A DNA stretch of 64,000 nucleotides from Octopus sinensis. Lineage: Eukaryota. The translations under genes and the position numbers were made by a program. Where the stretch lies: NCBI RefSeq assembly GCF_006345805.1, contig NC_043005.1, positions 31,186,001 to 31,250,000 on the forward strand, given 5' to 3'. Under the pieces are notes generated by a model, which saw only the letters and a list, made by a program, of their open reading frames with translations, was not told the DNA's origin and did no database searches. Below are positions 23,390-37,574 of this stretch, piece by piece; the first letter of the stretch is position 1; every line of letters begins with the position of its first letter.

Positions 23390-26300
23390 TACCAAAACTA
23401 CTCCTCTGATATGTGTCACTTGGTGGATGAGGGAGTTTGACGTTGCAGCCCTCATCTATGTTTCTTGCCCCGGAGTAGGTTCATCCGGAACTCTTGACAG
23501 GAGATCTAGTTTTGTTTTGAAAAAGCCTACATCCACGCCATGCAGGTCTGTCATGCTTTGTGAGAGGTTATTAAAGAGCTGTGAGTCTTTGAAGTCCAAC
23601 CTGTTGCAGTATGTGGTTCTGTATCCTAATGGCAATGTTGGGACCTCTGGTACCATGCAGTAGCGCCCAGTCCTGCTGTTTGTGTAACAATGTCAAAGTT
23701 TGAAACAGGTTTTCTTCTGTACATCTTTCCCGCCTTCGCTCCAAGGAGTAGAGTCTTAAATCTTTCAGTCTCTCCTAGTAGCTGATATGCTGCATTGTAT
23801 CGATCTTTCTTGTGTAGCTTCGCTGGATCACCTCGATTTCCGTCGTTAATTTTACACTGTTTGGTGACCACAGCTGGGAGCAGTAATCCAGACGGCTGAA
23901 AACGTCCTCCAGAGGACCATCATCGTTTCCTTTTCTCTTGTTTTGAAAGTTTGAAGGATCCACCTGGGCAGACGTCTGCATTTTATCGCCGACTTAGTAA
24001 TGTGCTTAGGGCACGCACTGATTTTGATTCGGGGATTGTAATTCCTCCTGGGCCAGTGTATCCAATCTGTTTTTCTTTGAGCTTCCTGTGTTGGTAGTAC
24101 ACGGCTTGGAATTTTCCAGTATTAAACTGCATGTTATTTTCCTCAGTCCACCTATATATTGCGTCAAACTCAATATGAAGATGCACAGTATCTAGGATTC
24201 TGTATCCTCAGAGAGACATTTGTATCGTCTGTACGCTAGCAAGGGCATGTCAGAGAGGGCCACTATGAATAGCAGGGGCGCCATGACAGTGCCCTGTGGA
24301 ATACTACTCACTATTTGTGTTTTCTTGGAGGTGGCCCCATTGACCACCACTACCAGGTTTCTATCTTTTATCAAGTCATGTAGCCATCTCTAAGTTTTCC
24401 AAATATGCCAAGATTTCGGAGCTTGTAACAAATCATACCATAGTCGATTTTATCAAAGTCTTTTGCAAAGTTTAGATATATCACATCCACATTTGAGGTG
24501 TTGAGCAGCTACTTTAGCCCCCCAGTCGTAATACTGCAGGAGCTGTGTCACACAGCTTCAACTTGATCGAAAAACATGCTGGATCTCGGTCAGCAAGTTA
24601 TTCTCTTCAGACTGATGTGTGAGATCAGAGAGATAGGCCTATGGTTTTTAGCGACTGCTCTGCTTCCTCCTTTATGGATGGGAAATATTATTCCCTCCTT
24701 TAGTTTGTCCGGGAGTTTACCATTTGTAAGGAAGCTCTGAAAATGTAGTTGTAATCGTTTAGCAAGGACTCGTTTGCATGACTTGAGAAGGATTGCTGGG
24801 AATCCATCAGGGACAGCAGCTGAGTTTGCTTTTATATAATTTATTGCTAGCATTACATCCTTTTCTTCGATGTTGATGTAATCAATCGTTACTGCCTCCA
24901 GTTCAGCTTCTGTAGCGGTAAAGAATTCTAGAGGTTTGCTAACTTGCATGTGCCATAGGGGTGGGGTGAAGACACGTTTGAACTGTTCATTCAGTGTTTC
25001 ACTTATTCTCATTGTGTTTCCCGTGAGGGAGCCATCGTTTTGGAGGTGTGGCTCTACCCTACAGTGCACAGAGGCAGTCTCTTTGGCGTACCTAAAGAAG
25101 GCTTTAGGGTTTTATTTTATATTTCTTATGACCCAGGCTTCTCAATCTGATCTTTCCTTCTCGTGAGAGTGCTTCAGTTGTTTCTCAGTATCCTGTAGTT
25201 CTGTTTCCAAGCAGTGTTTCTCATTGACACTGAGTTCTCTGTTGAGGCGGTTTGCAATTTTTGTACGCCGGCTGAGAAGAACTTTCTTCTCCCTGGGAAT
25301 CTTGTTTTTATGTGCAGTAGCCCTTCTCTCTGGGACAAAATTGTAGCATATGACTTACATCATGGACATTAAAGTTTTCAATTTCATGTCTATGTCAGGT
25401 GTAGAGAGACATTGGGACCAGTCCCATTTGGTGATCTCTTTCTCAATCGATTCCCTGCCTGTCTTGTGGTAGTTCAGATAGGATAGATTTTAGGTGCTTC
25501 TCATAGGCTGTTTGTGTGTGGATTCCTTTGGTCGATACATGGTCAGCTCTATTATGTTGTGATCCGAGATTAGTGTCGGTGTCACTTTCACATTATGGAT
25601 GAGAAACATTGTTTGTGGAGCAGAAATCAAGTATATTGTTTGCCCTGGCTGGTTGGAGTATTATTTGCTCCATGTATAAATTGTTGGTGAGACTGAGCAG
25701 GGGTTTCATCTTATTTTGCTCATATCACTTCATTCCCGAGAGAAAAAGGCCTTCGGATCATTTCATATTGAAGTATTTCATGAAAAGTACACTGATGTGC
25801 TCTTCTATTTTGGTTAAGACCTCTTCTATTCTTGCAAAGTAGTCTTCGAATAGGCCCGTGTGATTTGGGGCATCTGGTGGGCGATATGTAGTATATAACT
25901 CTGTCGAGTTGTCTTATATGTACAATTAGTGTGTAACACATTGAGTTTGTGAGTGACAAAAGGACCTGGGGTATGAGATCTTCACGGATGTACATTGCAA
26001 CTCCACCTTGGCTCCTGTCTTTTTTATAGCTTCTGTATGTGTATTTCTGCATCTGCGATGTCGGGTTTTAAGTGCGTTTCAGTGAGTGATATGCAAAAGG
26101 CTTGATTGCATGTCACTAGGTCTCTCAAGAAGGTAATTCTAGTTCTGTTATTGAGTTATAACAGTCCTCTTACACTTACGAAGTATATTGGTGTGAAATC
26201 TGTGCTGATGCCAGTGGTAGCTACCCTGGATTCATTGGTTGTGAACGTCTTGCGTGTTGGTGGGGATGGCTCCGACTCTGGAATTGACGAAGCCTGGTTA

Positions 26301-27130
26301 GTTGTTGCACAATCTTTTGAGTCATGCATAAAAAACATTGTTGTTCAGCTGCAACCGTTATGACGGCTTCTGAGTAGGGCTGGTTTTTAGAGGTAGTGCG
26401 CGCCATATCGGCATATTTTAGCTTTGATGCACGATTTTTCCACTTTGGAGTCTTCGTGTCTTTTGGAAGAAGGTTTTGCTTTTGTTCTGCCTGCTGTATG
26501 ATTTTGGATGCAGGAAGAGGCAGTTCGCACCATCTTGTCCATACCAGCAGTCACTACACACGAAGAATTTAAACACTTCCTAACTGTTTGTGACTTTTCA
26601 TATTGGCTGTTTGAATTTTTTTCCCTTGTGGGCTCTCTTTTGTTTTTTGCTTCGTCTTTACTTCTATCATCACCCTTTTTCCTTCTTTTATCTTTATTTT
26701 TTTTAGACCTTTATTGGTTCTTTCACACTTTTGGGCGTTGATAATAGTTGTGGTAAGGCCATCCGTGTTGGTGTCTTCTTGCTTGGCAGGCCTCTCGATT
26801 TTGGTTTTCGTATCAGGTGTGTTCCCTTGTGGATCAGTGGGGTCAGGGGAACATCTATCACTTACATCAGGGTCTCCATCCTTGTCATCCTTTTTGAGTT
26901 TCTGTGTCAAAATGGTATCCTGTGTGCTAATGTGAGGTCTAATGAGAGCATAAGAGTGGGTAAATTCTTGTTTTTTTCGCTCTATCCTAGCTGTGGTTCT
27001 TATACAGCCATTGCTCTTTAGAACTGCCGTTGTAATATTATTTGGACTGTCTCCTTTGGCTATTTGCCATCCTCTCAATAAGAGTTTCAGTTCTTCACTG
27101 ACCCAGCTTCGAGACGCCCTTAACCTGCCG
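23390..27130 (-). mobile_element. Near-full-length decayed CR1/L2-group LINE (ORF1 + APE-RT ORF2)
   Basis: RSYKKDRSQGGVAMYIRED (APE). SAAVPDGFPAILLK...IHKGGSRAVAKNHRPISLISHI. DVIYLNFAKDFDK. IPQGTVMAPLLF. C-terminal FKTKLD..VPDEP. ORF1 remnant 26200-27078. Confidence 0.88.
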
Positions 27131-27764
27131 TTTCCTTCTGTATTTATTTAGAGAAAGATTGAGATAAGGAGGGATAGAGAGAGAGAGAGAGAGAGGAAGT
27201 AAGAAAGGTGTAAGTTATATTGATCTATGCTTGCACAGATGGGGAAGAAAGATCGAGGTGTCTTTGAGTATATAGCTATAATCTCTCTATAGTCGTATTC
27301 CCATATATATACATGTTCAATAGATAGATATACTGAGAGAGAGAGAGAAAGAGAGGGAGAGCTATAGCGAGTGAGAGAGCGTATGTGTGTGTCTGCGCGC
27401 GTATGCTAGAGAGAGAAATTGTGTGTGTGTATGTGTGTGTGTGTGTATGTGTGTATGTGTGTGTGTGCGTGCTACAGAGAGAAACATGGGTGACAGGGAA
27501 ATCGAAAGGAACTAAGAAATTAATCAATCAATCTCAGATTAAATCGAAGGTATAACAGTGCAGAGTCTTATGTTCTGGAATCGTGAGTACAAAGAAAATT
27601 AAATTTAAATGGAATTTGCTACGTTTCGTAAAATTTCAGTTGACAGAAGAATTAATTCAAAGCGCAGGTTTTAAAACGATTTATATATAAATACTAGTAT
27701 AGTTAAGTAATTTATCAACAACTCGAGTGGTGCTTTCTTATTATTCTTATTATTATTTATTCTC

Positions 27765-28992
27765 TTTGCACAGCTTCTAAAGCTGGAGATGTACTATGGT
27801 GCCACCTGTTCACTACCAGTGAACTAATGTAACACCCCTTATATTTTCGAGCACCATCCGGAGTATTCTGGTGGTTCTAAGCAGTGCTGTTTTCTGCAAG
27901 TGCTCCACCCTTATTGCAACCCCTATTTGTTCCTTGTACTTCTCAAGAGTTTTACTCACTGTTCCCAGGGCTCCGACAATTATTGGTACTACTACCATCT
28001 TTTTCAGCGACCACAACTGCTTAATCTCCCAAGCTAACCTGTCATATTGACTTTTTCTTTCTTCCTTATTGAATACCTTGTTGTGAGCCGGGCATTCTAT
28101 GTCTATGATCCAGCATAGTTTGCTTTCTTTCTCAATTAACACTACGTCTGGTTTCCTATTCTCTATCTCATGGTCACACTGAATCATAAAATCCCATACG
28201 ATCTTTGCATTATCATTTTCGACGATGTCTTCGGGTTTATGTTCGTAGTACTTTTTTGTCCTCTCTAGTCCAAACTTGTTGCAAAGTGTCCAATGTACAA
28301 TTCTTGCAATATAGTTACGACGTCTCTTCTATTCTTTCTAGGCTAGTGGTGTACATTGACTGGTAATATGCCATACAGTTTCACCATTTTTTCCTCAAAT
28401 TCTGCACTTATTACTCCCTGACGTGTTGTCTATTTTGTATTTTATGTAATTGGTTCTTAATGGTTGCTCTTGGGAAGCACAGATTAGAGCCACCGTTTCT
28501 GCTTTTGAATCACATTTAGTCATCCATAACCATCTTTTTCTCTCTGTCTTATCTTCAACACCCCTATAAAATTGTCTATGCATTCATTTCTTTATCAACC
28601 TATTTTCAGTTTCATTCATTCTCAAGTGCTTGTACAATGCTTTATCTTTGTAATTTTCCATCTTACACAAGTCTGACCTTCTTAGTGGCTCTATGGTATT
28701 TTTTACATACCTTGTTATGTTGTTTTCTTTTGCTCTAATGTTGTATTGGCATCCAATAAGTCCTATTCCCCTACTTTTCTTGGAACATACAGTCTGTCTG
28801 TGTCACTTTTTGGGTGGAATATCCCATATCTAGTTAGCAACTTCCTTGTCTTTCTGTCTAAGCTGTTTAGTTCGTCTACTGTCCATGCGATTACCCTTGC
28901 TACATATCTAAGTAGTGAAACCGCTCGGGTGTTGATAGCTTCAATCTTATTCTGTCCGTTTAATTTCAACTTAAGGATCAGTGTCAGTCTCT
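27765..28992 (-). mobile_element. R4/Dong 3' portion
   Basis: ASQEQPLRTNYIK...CRI. NRKPDVVLIE...IDIECP...VPIIVGALG...LQKTALLRTTRILR. TAA tracts at both ends. Confidence 0.9.
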
Positions 28993-28997
28993 AATTA

Positions 28998-29067
<70 letters not shown>

Positions 29068-29071
29068 CATT
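28993..29071. repeat. (ATT)n tract between two R4/Dong elements
   Basis: Directly visible. Confidence 0.95.
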
Positions 29072-32000
29072 CAGCAGTTTTATTTTTATAGCGTGCTTTC
29101 ACTTCACTACCGAGCGCACCTCTGTGTGCCTTGGGTATGTGCTGTGATTTGTTGTGATGCTCTGATGGTTATTGTATGGAAAGTGTTCTGCGTAGGATGT
29201 GTGCAGTGCCTAGTAGTGCAATTTTCTGTATGTTATATGTGTTTGTAAGTCCTGGTGTTTTTGTTATGTATTTGTCTGAATATTTTGTTATCATGCCTAA
29301 TGCACCTACTATGATAGGAATTGTTTCTGTTTTTAGATTCCACATTCTGGTTACCTCTATTTCCAGGTCTTTGTATTTTGAAAGTTTCTCCATTTCTTTT
29401 AGAGACACGTTGTCATCTGCCGGTATTGATACATCAATTAGAAAGCATTTTTTTCTTCATGATCTCTGACAACTATATCTGGTCTGTTGGCCTTAATTTC
29501 TCTATCTGTATGTATCGGCATATCCCAGAGTATGGTTGCTTTCTCGTTTTCTGTGACCTTTTCTGGTGTGTGCCTATACCATCTTTTTTCTGTTGTTATT
29601 CCATAATGTTGGCATAGCTTCCAGTGTATGTAGGTTCCAACTCTGTCATGTCTGTGAATATATTCCTTCTTAGCCAAGACTGGGCAGCCAGAGATAATAT
29701 GATTTATTGTTTCCAGTCCATCTCCACATATTCTGTAGTTACTTGTTATATTTCTTTTCATTACATGTTTTTGGTAATTTCTGGTGGGGAGGCTTTGGTC
29801 TTGTGCTGCAATTAAGAATCCCTCTGTCTCTGCTTTGAGTCCTGAGTTTCTCAACCATTGCTGAAATTTTTCTTTGTCTATTTCTTTTGCGTTTAGTTTA
29901 GTCTAGTATTTACCATGAAGGGGCTTTTCTTGCCATCGTTTTATCATGGTTCTTTGCTGTTCTAGTTTTAGTTTGGATTTCATTTGTTATATAGCTTTTG
30001 TTGCTTCTTCTTCTTCTTCTTCTTCTTCTTCTTCTTCTTCTTCTTCTTCTTCTTCTTCTTCTTCTTCTTCTTCTTCTTCTTCTTCTTCTTCTTCTTCTTC
30101 TTCTTCATCATATTTATTAGGTGGTATGATTTCTTGTCTGTATTTGTCAGATTCCTTAAATAGTGAGAACAGTTTTCCTATCTATTTTGGTCAGTTCATT
30201 TAATGTCAATTTAAGGATATTGTAGCTGTAACTTATAACTGGGACAGCTAAAGTGTTAATACCTATTATCTTGTTTTTAGCATTGAGCTCTATTTTTAGT
30301 ATTGATCTAACTCGTCTATAATATTCTTTTTTTATTTTCTCTTTCATTTGTGTGTGTTGTGTCTTATCTAGTTCATGGATTCCTAAGTATTTGTAAGTTT
30401 GGCTTTGGTCTAATTCTTTTATTTCATTGGTTTTATCTAGTGTGATGTTTTCAGGGTTACTTTGGCGCATTTTTCTAATCCAAATTTCATATCTATTTCT
30501 TTGGTAAATCCATGAACTGTCTTTAATAGTGTTTCCAGCTGTTTGTCATTTGTAGCGTATAGTTTTAGGTCATCCATATATAAAAGGTGGCTGATCGTTT
30601 TGCCGTAATATTTATATTCGCATCCAGTTCTATTTAGCATATCAGATAGAGGTGACAGTGCCAAGCAGAAAAGGAGCGGAGAGAGCGTGTCTCCCTGGAA
30701 TATTCCTCTTCTAATGGGGATAGCTTTGGTTTTCATGAGTCCCTCTTTTGTTTGGAGCTGTAGCACTGTTTGCCATTTATTCATAGAGTGCCCTATGAAT
30801 TTTATAATTGTTGGTGCTACTTTGTTAATGGCTAGTGTTTCGAGGATCCATGTGTGTGGGATGCTATCAAACGCCTTTTTGTAGTCGATCCAGGCCATAC
30901 TGAGGCCTTTCTTCTTTCTGTGGCTGTCTTCAGTTATGGCTTTATTAATCATTAGTTGATCTTTACAGCCATATGAGCCTTTGCGGCATCCTTTCTGCTC
31001 TTCTGGAAACAGGTTGTTTTCGTCCAGGTGCTTGTTCAACCTTTGCGATATCACTGCAGTAAATGCCTTGTAGACAGGTTATTGGTCAGTAGTTTTCTGG
31101 TTTTGCTGTCTCATTTGATTTGGGAATTAAGATGGTTTTTCCCTTCATGAGCCATTCAGGCATTGTCTCTGGCTCTGCCAGTATGTTGTTAAAATTTTCA
31201 GCCAGCTTTTTGTGCATTCCTGTTAGATATTTCAACCAGAAGTTGGGTATTTTGTCATGCCCAGGTGCCTTCCAGTTGCTTAGTCTTTGCAGTGCCTGGG
31301 TGACCTCTTCAGTTGTTATGGGGGTCCAAAGTTGCTCAGATGCTGAGTTTGTTGTTTTAATACTCCTTGTTTTTTGGTTGTTCGTTCGCCGACCATATTT
31401 CTCTCCAGAATTCTTCCACTTCTTCTGCCGTTGGTGCTGCATGATTTCTATTTTATTTTTGCCAAGTTCTTGGTAGAACTTTTTGGGGTTGGAGTTGAAC
31501 TTTTTGTTTTGTTCAAAGAAGCGCTGGCGTTTCTCGTACCGGCGGATCCTTTGTGCTTTGGCAAGGATATCTTGCTTTAGCTTTTCTTTTATCTCAGGTA
31601 AATCTTTTTCTGTGATGTTGTATTTGCGGAGTATTTTTGTTTTCTTTTTGTTGTTCTGTCTTTTTGTCTACTGATTTCATTAAGAATCGACAGATCTTTT
31701 CTCATTTTTTGTATTTTGTTTTGGATGTTATTTATCCACGGGGTTTGTTTGGGTGGTGGTACTCCTGTTTGGATGGGTTTGAGTGAGTATCCAGCTTCTT
31801 TTGTGGCTGCTGCGTATACTAAGTCATTTAGCTCAGTGATATCGCTTTTTGTTTCAGTGGCTATTAATTCCGTGACGGCTATGTTTATGATGTTTATAAT
31901 TGGTGTTGTTGTTTCGTCTATTTTGATTTTTTGGAGGTATGGTCGGTGGTCCATTTTGAGCTCTGTGGTTTTTAGCTCTTTGATTATTCTACTTTTTATA

Positions 32001-32790
32001 TTATCATAATCATTAGGCCCCCCCTTCGTTGTTTCCAGGTTTTAGATTTGTGTCGCTTTCGTTCTCATTTGTATGTTTGCTTGTCGTGTTTTGGCTTGCT
32101 GTTTGTCGTGTATTATTATGCATCCTTACGGTCTGAGTTTGTTGTTTTTTGTTTACATCGTGTTTGTTGGGAATGTTACGTTTGTCTTCGTGTTTTACTG
32201 TTTCAGTGTTTATATTGTTGGGCATTGTTGTGTGGCTTCTATCTACATTTTCCTGATGTATTTTTTCTTTTAGATGTTCTATTTCTGATATTTTTTTTGC
32301 GTTGAGAATGTATCTTCGTACGTTAGCTAGTTTATTAGGGTTCATTGCTATATCCAAGTCTATTTTTATGTTATTTTCCTTCCATATTTTATATGTATGT
32401 GTTGTTGTGTTTTCATTTTTTGGGTAGAGCACTGCTGTGAAGTAAGCGTATAAGATAGAAATGTATTCCTCACGTGTCCATTTATGTCTTTTGGGTTTTA
32501 TTTGTGGGAAATGATGAACAATGTCCGGTCCATTATTTTGACGGTCGTCATTTTCGTAGGGTACCGGTCCGTTCATTTCTGTTGTCACATTGTTTTGCAC
32601 GAGTAGTTTTTCGTACATTTTGTGTTGTAAGTTTAAAGTACGTACTTCCCGATTGTTATTCTTGGGTTGAATAATATCGGTGTTATTTAATTTCTTCGTA
32701 GTTTTTTTGTACATGGTGTTTGGGGTCGGGGATGATCTGGTGTTGATGGATCGTAATGTATCACGCATGTTTACATGTGTTGTGTTAGAG
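29072..32790 (-). mobile_element. Near-full-length, relatively young R4/Dong element (frameshifted single ORF)
   Basis: ORF pieces 32013-32768 (KRHKWTREE), 31086-31442, 30437-31054 (QGDTLSP, LLYMDDLKLY), 29438-29854 (CCHC with first Cys changed to Tyr; ANRPDIVV), 29169-29408 (EKLSKYKDL). Confidence 0.93.
30004..30106 (-). repeat. About 34 GAA units in frame (poly-Glu) within the R4 ORF
   Basis: Minus frame PPNKYD(E)n-ATKAI. Confidence 0.9.
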
Positions 32791-33054
32791 GTGGAGATGA
32801 TATCGAGTTAAAATACATCATTTCGTTTCGAAAATAGTAATAAATTTCAATGAGTATTACTTACTCGGATATAGTCCAATCTTTGTTAGTAAATTTTTGG
32901 CTCCATGTTTGTGGATAGATTTCGGAGCTCTGTTTTATCGTTCTCACATCTTAAACGTCCCCGGTGTTCCTCCCCCTCCTCCTCCTCCTCCTTATTATTA
33001 TTATTATTATTATTTAGTATCTATAGATTTATACCCACACTTATTAATAATATG

Positions 33055-33825
33055 TTTATTTTCAGTATCTAGTTTATTGTCTATCATATTTGTACCGTTG
33101 TTGTTTTTTCCTTTATATTGCTTAGTTAAAAAAGATTATTTAATTGATATATTTCTATCTAAATTTTCAGTTTTATTATATACCCTATTATTTTCCAAAA
33201 TCTCTATAATTCTATCCATTTCCAGAATTTTATTATTATGATTCTGGATATAGTAAATTTTATCTTTATATCCAGTTTCCAATAATGCATTGTTATAGTA
33301 ACTTTTATTTTGTTTTAATACATCCTTATTAAACGAAAGTCTTGAAATACGAGTAGGTGTATTTTTAACGATAGAATTTATTATTCTCCTTGGATGATTA
33401 GAATCTTTATTTACATATCTTAAGCATTCCTTAGGATTATGATAAGGTTGGTATATCAAGAGTAATATCAAAGAAATTCGCCCTATTATTTTCATTTATA
33501 GAAAGACCAAGACGCTTAAAGAATCTAAAAGATTTGTTCTATACTTTTCTAAATAAACCATGCTACATCAATATATAATGAGAAGAGCGTCATCTCTATA
33601 TAATCCACATTCCAATTCAGGACAGTCATTATGTAACGTAAAACCAACGAAATCGGTGACTTGAAAATGATAGAATTATAGAGTGGTTGGAAAATAATAG
33701 GGAATATAACAAAACTAAAACTTTAGATAGGAATATATCTATCAAACAGTCTTTTTTAACTAATCTATATACAGGAAAAAGCAATAATGGTACAAATATG
33801 ATAAACAATAAACCAGGTCTACCAG
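33055..33825. mobile_element. Naiad-type PLE RT C-terminal fragment with about 160-bp inverted repeat
   Basis: Minus ORF 33136-33495: PYHNP...YVNKDSNHPRRII...RISRLS...YNNALLETGY. 33055-33216 is inverted at 33669-33825. Confidence 0.75.
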
Positions 33826-35788
33826 TTCTCGCCCAATATTTCCCGTCGAGTTCAATTATGGTCTGTATTGAACAAAAAAATTCTGAAATCAGAAATATAA
33901 TATAGCTAATAAATATTTCGTTGAATTACTAAAATTATCTCTCCATTTTTTTAATACTGATTTACAATTCACGCACAGACTCACACACACTCGCACGTGC
34001 ACTATTACTTTCATAAGATCTCTTTAGGATTTTCAAAGTATTTGTCCAAATGACTGAAACATACACACATAAATATAAACATACATTGAAAGATGTGTGT
34101 GTGTGTATGTGTGTGTGTGTGTGTGTGTGTGTTTGTGTGTGTGTTTGTGTATAAATCATTTTGTATAAATTATTTTCTTTTACATTCTTTCAAATTTTCT
34201 TTCATCATTAAGTATAAATTAACTTTCTTTGTTTACTTGCGTGTTACGATATTTCACATCTTTGATACTTTCAGCAAATGAAAAGAGTCGTTAGGTTTTT
34301 GTTTAGTATTTTTAGGGCTTTTATAATGTTGAATTTTCGCTGTCTTTCATTGTGTGTGTTTATGTATATGCGTGTATGTTCAATGTGCGTGCGCGTGTGT
34401 GGGCGAGACATAGTACTTTAATGTAGGAAGTACACTGTGCGAGTAGTGTGTGTCAGTTACTTTCCAGAAATTGGTGAGTAGCCTGATAAAGCAGCTGATT
34501 TGTCTTTGACAGCGTAACGTTCCAGCACTCTGCAATCTGAGGTTATAATCTTACCTTTCATACTTACGGTGTCTACATAAAAAAAAATTACAGCACGCTA
34601 CTGAGTCAATTCTTCTTTCTTACTTTTACCTCTGGATCCTACCTGTAAGTCAAAGATCCTACTAGTTGATTATATAAAATATATTAGTAATTATATTGAC
34701 TATGGGAAATACATTTATAATTGATTATATATAATATATTAATAGTTTAGTGTATATAATACTTGCCATGATAATGTCGTATCATTTTATTTCTTTCACT
34801 ATTCAAAGGATATAGTCGTGAGATTTTCAATTAAATCTAACGAATAATAAAGCTAATGTAAAACATATTCAGGAACCAGCTATGCATCAGAACTGTATAG
34901 TGACGTCGCGAGTCGATAAATTTTATTTAATTACAATTTCAATGTAATATCAGCTTTCTTGATTAGAATTGATCATTAAGCAAACGATTTATTCTGCTCT
35001 GCACTGATGTATATAACTTGAACTACATTTCATTAGTTCACAACATAATATTCGTACCGACCATACTATGACAAAAGGCACTTATCGCATTGATATCCGA
35101 GCACAGTATATTTCTAAATTTCCATTCTATATGCACACACATTCTATGTATATTACTGAGATCCACACGCTGTCAATATCAAGACGCCAACAAGAAGCTT
35201 TATTCCTAGTGACGGTTTTAATATTTATCTACAAGATGTATTTATCAAATGTCTTTTTGCTACACCAACATCATTGGACTGTGTATCAATCTAGTTAGCA
35301 ATATCTGATTAACAAATATTTGTAGTTCAAAGTAATTTAAGTTACAACTCCATTTTTTTCATTAATGGTAGTCCCTTTTTATATACCCTGTATACACGTA
35401 CATAAAACCTCGTTTAAGTCTCCAGTTGAGTCAAAAGTTCTTTTCGGGTTCTCACTGATTTTTGGCAACCTGTCTCTCCATGTTGTATTATTGATTTGCT
35501 ACAACTTGTTATCCAATCGTTGCTATTTTTTCATATATAACATGTAAACATTGTTTATTCTTTCATTTATAGTTTGATAATAAGTAGTGAAAAAAATTGC
35601 AAATAGAGCCATTTTATGCTACTTGTGCAAAGGCAGTGACAAAAGAAATTAATGAAGCGGAAGTCTCAGGAATTAATAACGAATCTTACTTAACCACACA
35701 CATACACACGCGCGCGCAATAATAATAATGATTTCATTGAACTACTATAACATTACGCATTATACCAACACCATCCTACTACACACAA

Positions 35789-36157
35789 GTGGAGGCGCAA
35801 TGGCCCAGTGGTTAGGGCAGCGGACTCGCGGTTTCGATTCCCAGAACGGGCGTTGTGAGTTTTTATTGAGCGAAAACACCTAAAGCTCCATGAGGCTCCG
35901 GCAGGGATGGTGGTGATCCCTGCTGTACTCTTTCACCACAACTTTCTCTCACTCTTACTTCCTGTTTCTGTTGTACCTGTATTTCAAAGGGCCGGCCTTG
36001 TCACTCTCTGTGTCACGCTGAATATCCCCGAGAACTACGTTAAGGGTACACGTGTCTGTGGAGTGCTCAGCCACTTACACGTTAACTTCACGAGCAGGCT
36101 GTTCCGTTGATCGGATCAACCGGAACCCTCGTCGCCGTAACCGACGGAGGGCTTCCA
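35789..36157 (+). mobile_element. tRNA-derived SINE, family 3
   Basis: GGAGGCGCAATGGCCCAGTGGTTAGGGCAGCGGACTC (A box), then GGTTTCGATTCCC (B box), and a non-tRNA body. Confidence 0.85.
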
Positions 36158-36362
36158 CCACTACACACAGTAGCGAAATGTACAGATTACAACGCTGTAG
36201 CGTATTATATAACTGTAATGAGGTTTCTTCTGCACTGTGGGTGCATTCGATTCCACTATATCGTTCCCCACCCACTAGGAGCAGTGCAGATGTAAGCTGA
36301 AACGATCGTTGTACTAAATAAAGCTTACAGTGCACTCTATCTTCTCTATCATTTATTTAATA

Positions 36363-37222
36363 TAGTGCGCGGTTAATAAACTCTCGTCTAAATTGCGCAA
36401 AACTGAAAATAACACGGACATCTCATTTTAAGCAAAATTACATAAAAATATCTAGAAGTATTAAAGAGTAAATTTATTCAATAAAATCAGCATTGGCTTC
36501 AACTATGGCCTCCAAAAAACTTTGGAATCTCGTGCAACTCTTCTGGACGTTCTCCTGGTTTAAGTTGGTGAATGCTGCCATAATCCTTGTCTTCAGTTCA
36601 TCTTTGATGTTACAAGGAGTTTTGTTTATCTCTCGTTCAACTGCACCACACACATAACAATCAAGGGGGTTGCAGTCTGGGGAGTTAGGTGGCCAGATGT
36701 TAGGGTTGGGGTGGTCTCAGAAATTGTCTGACAGTCATTAATGAATTCTCCTACTTGTGTGGCATGGTCCAGAATCCTGTTGTCACACATAGGGTCTTCC
36801 AGCAGCCACCCTCTTGCCCCAGGGCAGCACTACTTCCTCGAGGCACTTGATGTAGGCCTCCGTATTGAGCCTGAAGCCGTGCAGGAAGGTGAATGGAGGC
36901 ATAACATCGCCATCACAAGTGTTCACTCCAAACAGCATGATGTTGATTGGATGTTTTATTTTTGTCACGTGTCCTCATATTGCACTGCCCTGAGATTGAC
37001 ACCCAAACACGGAAATGTTCGTATTGAAGCTTCCGGCACGAATGCCAGGCATCACAGCATGTCATTCCCAAATTTCTGGCAGAGTGAATTGCGTCATAGT
37101 GCTATTCTTCTCACAGACGATGCCCAACTGACCCTACTATACTGTATATTCGAGAAAATCAAAAACAAACAATGCGCATGCCCGGAATTAAATATATAAA
37201 GTGGCGATAGTTTATCCACCGC

Positions 37223-37226
<4 letters not shown>
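36363..37226 (-). mobile_element. maT (DD37D) Tc1/mariner deletion derivative with both termini
   Basis: QQD-x37-D (QQDSGPCHT...WPPNSPDCNPLD) with stops. Degenerate TIRs GTGCG(C)GGT..ATAAACT.TCG at both ends. TA at the right flank. Confidence 0.88.
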
Positions 37227-37294
<68 letters not shown>

Positions 37295-37297
37295 GTG

Positions 37298-37350
<53 letters not shown>

Positions 37351-37356
<6 letters not shown>

Positions 37357-37553
37357 CGTGTATTTGTGTTTGTCCCCCTGATATTGCTTGACAACCGTTG
37401 CTGGTGTGTTTATGTTCCTGTAACTTAGCAGTCCGGCAAAAGATAAAATAAATACTAGTCTTATAAAGAATAAATCCTGGGTCGATTTGTTCGTCTAAAC
37501 ACTCTCCAAAGCGGTGTTCCAGCATGGCTGCAATCAAATGACTGAAATAAGTA
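37351..37553 (+). mobile_element. SINE family 2, 3' half
   Basis: TGTGTTTGTCCCC...CAGCATGGC...AAATGACTGAAA, as at 46476-46670. Confidence 0.85.
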
Positions 37554-37574
37554 AAATAATACAATAATTTATGA

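Noticed and set aside
34470-34620. Exon-like block on the minus strand with GT/AG signals
   Set aside because: It gives short peptides with no recognisable homology, and splice-like words are common in AT-rich DNA.
35789-35860. tRNA-like sequences (also 44153, 9068, 63348)
   Set aside because: They have A and B boxes but no complete cloverleaf, and they continue into SINE bodies, so they are not tRNA genes.
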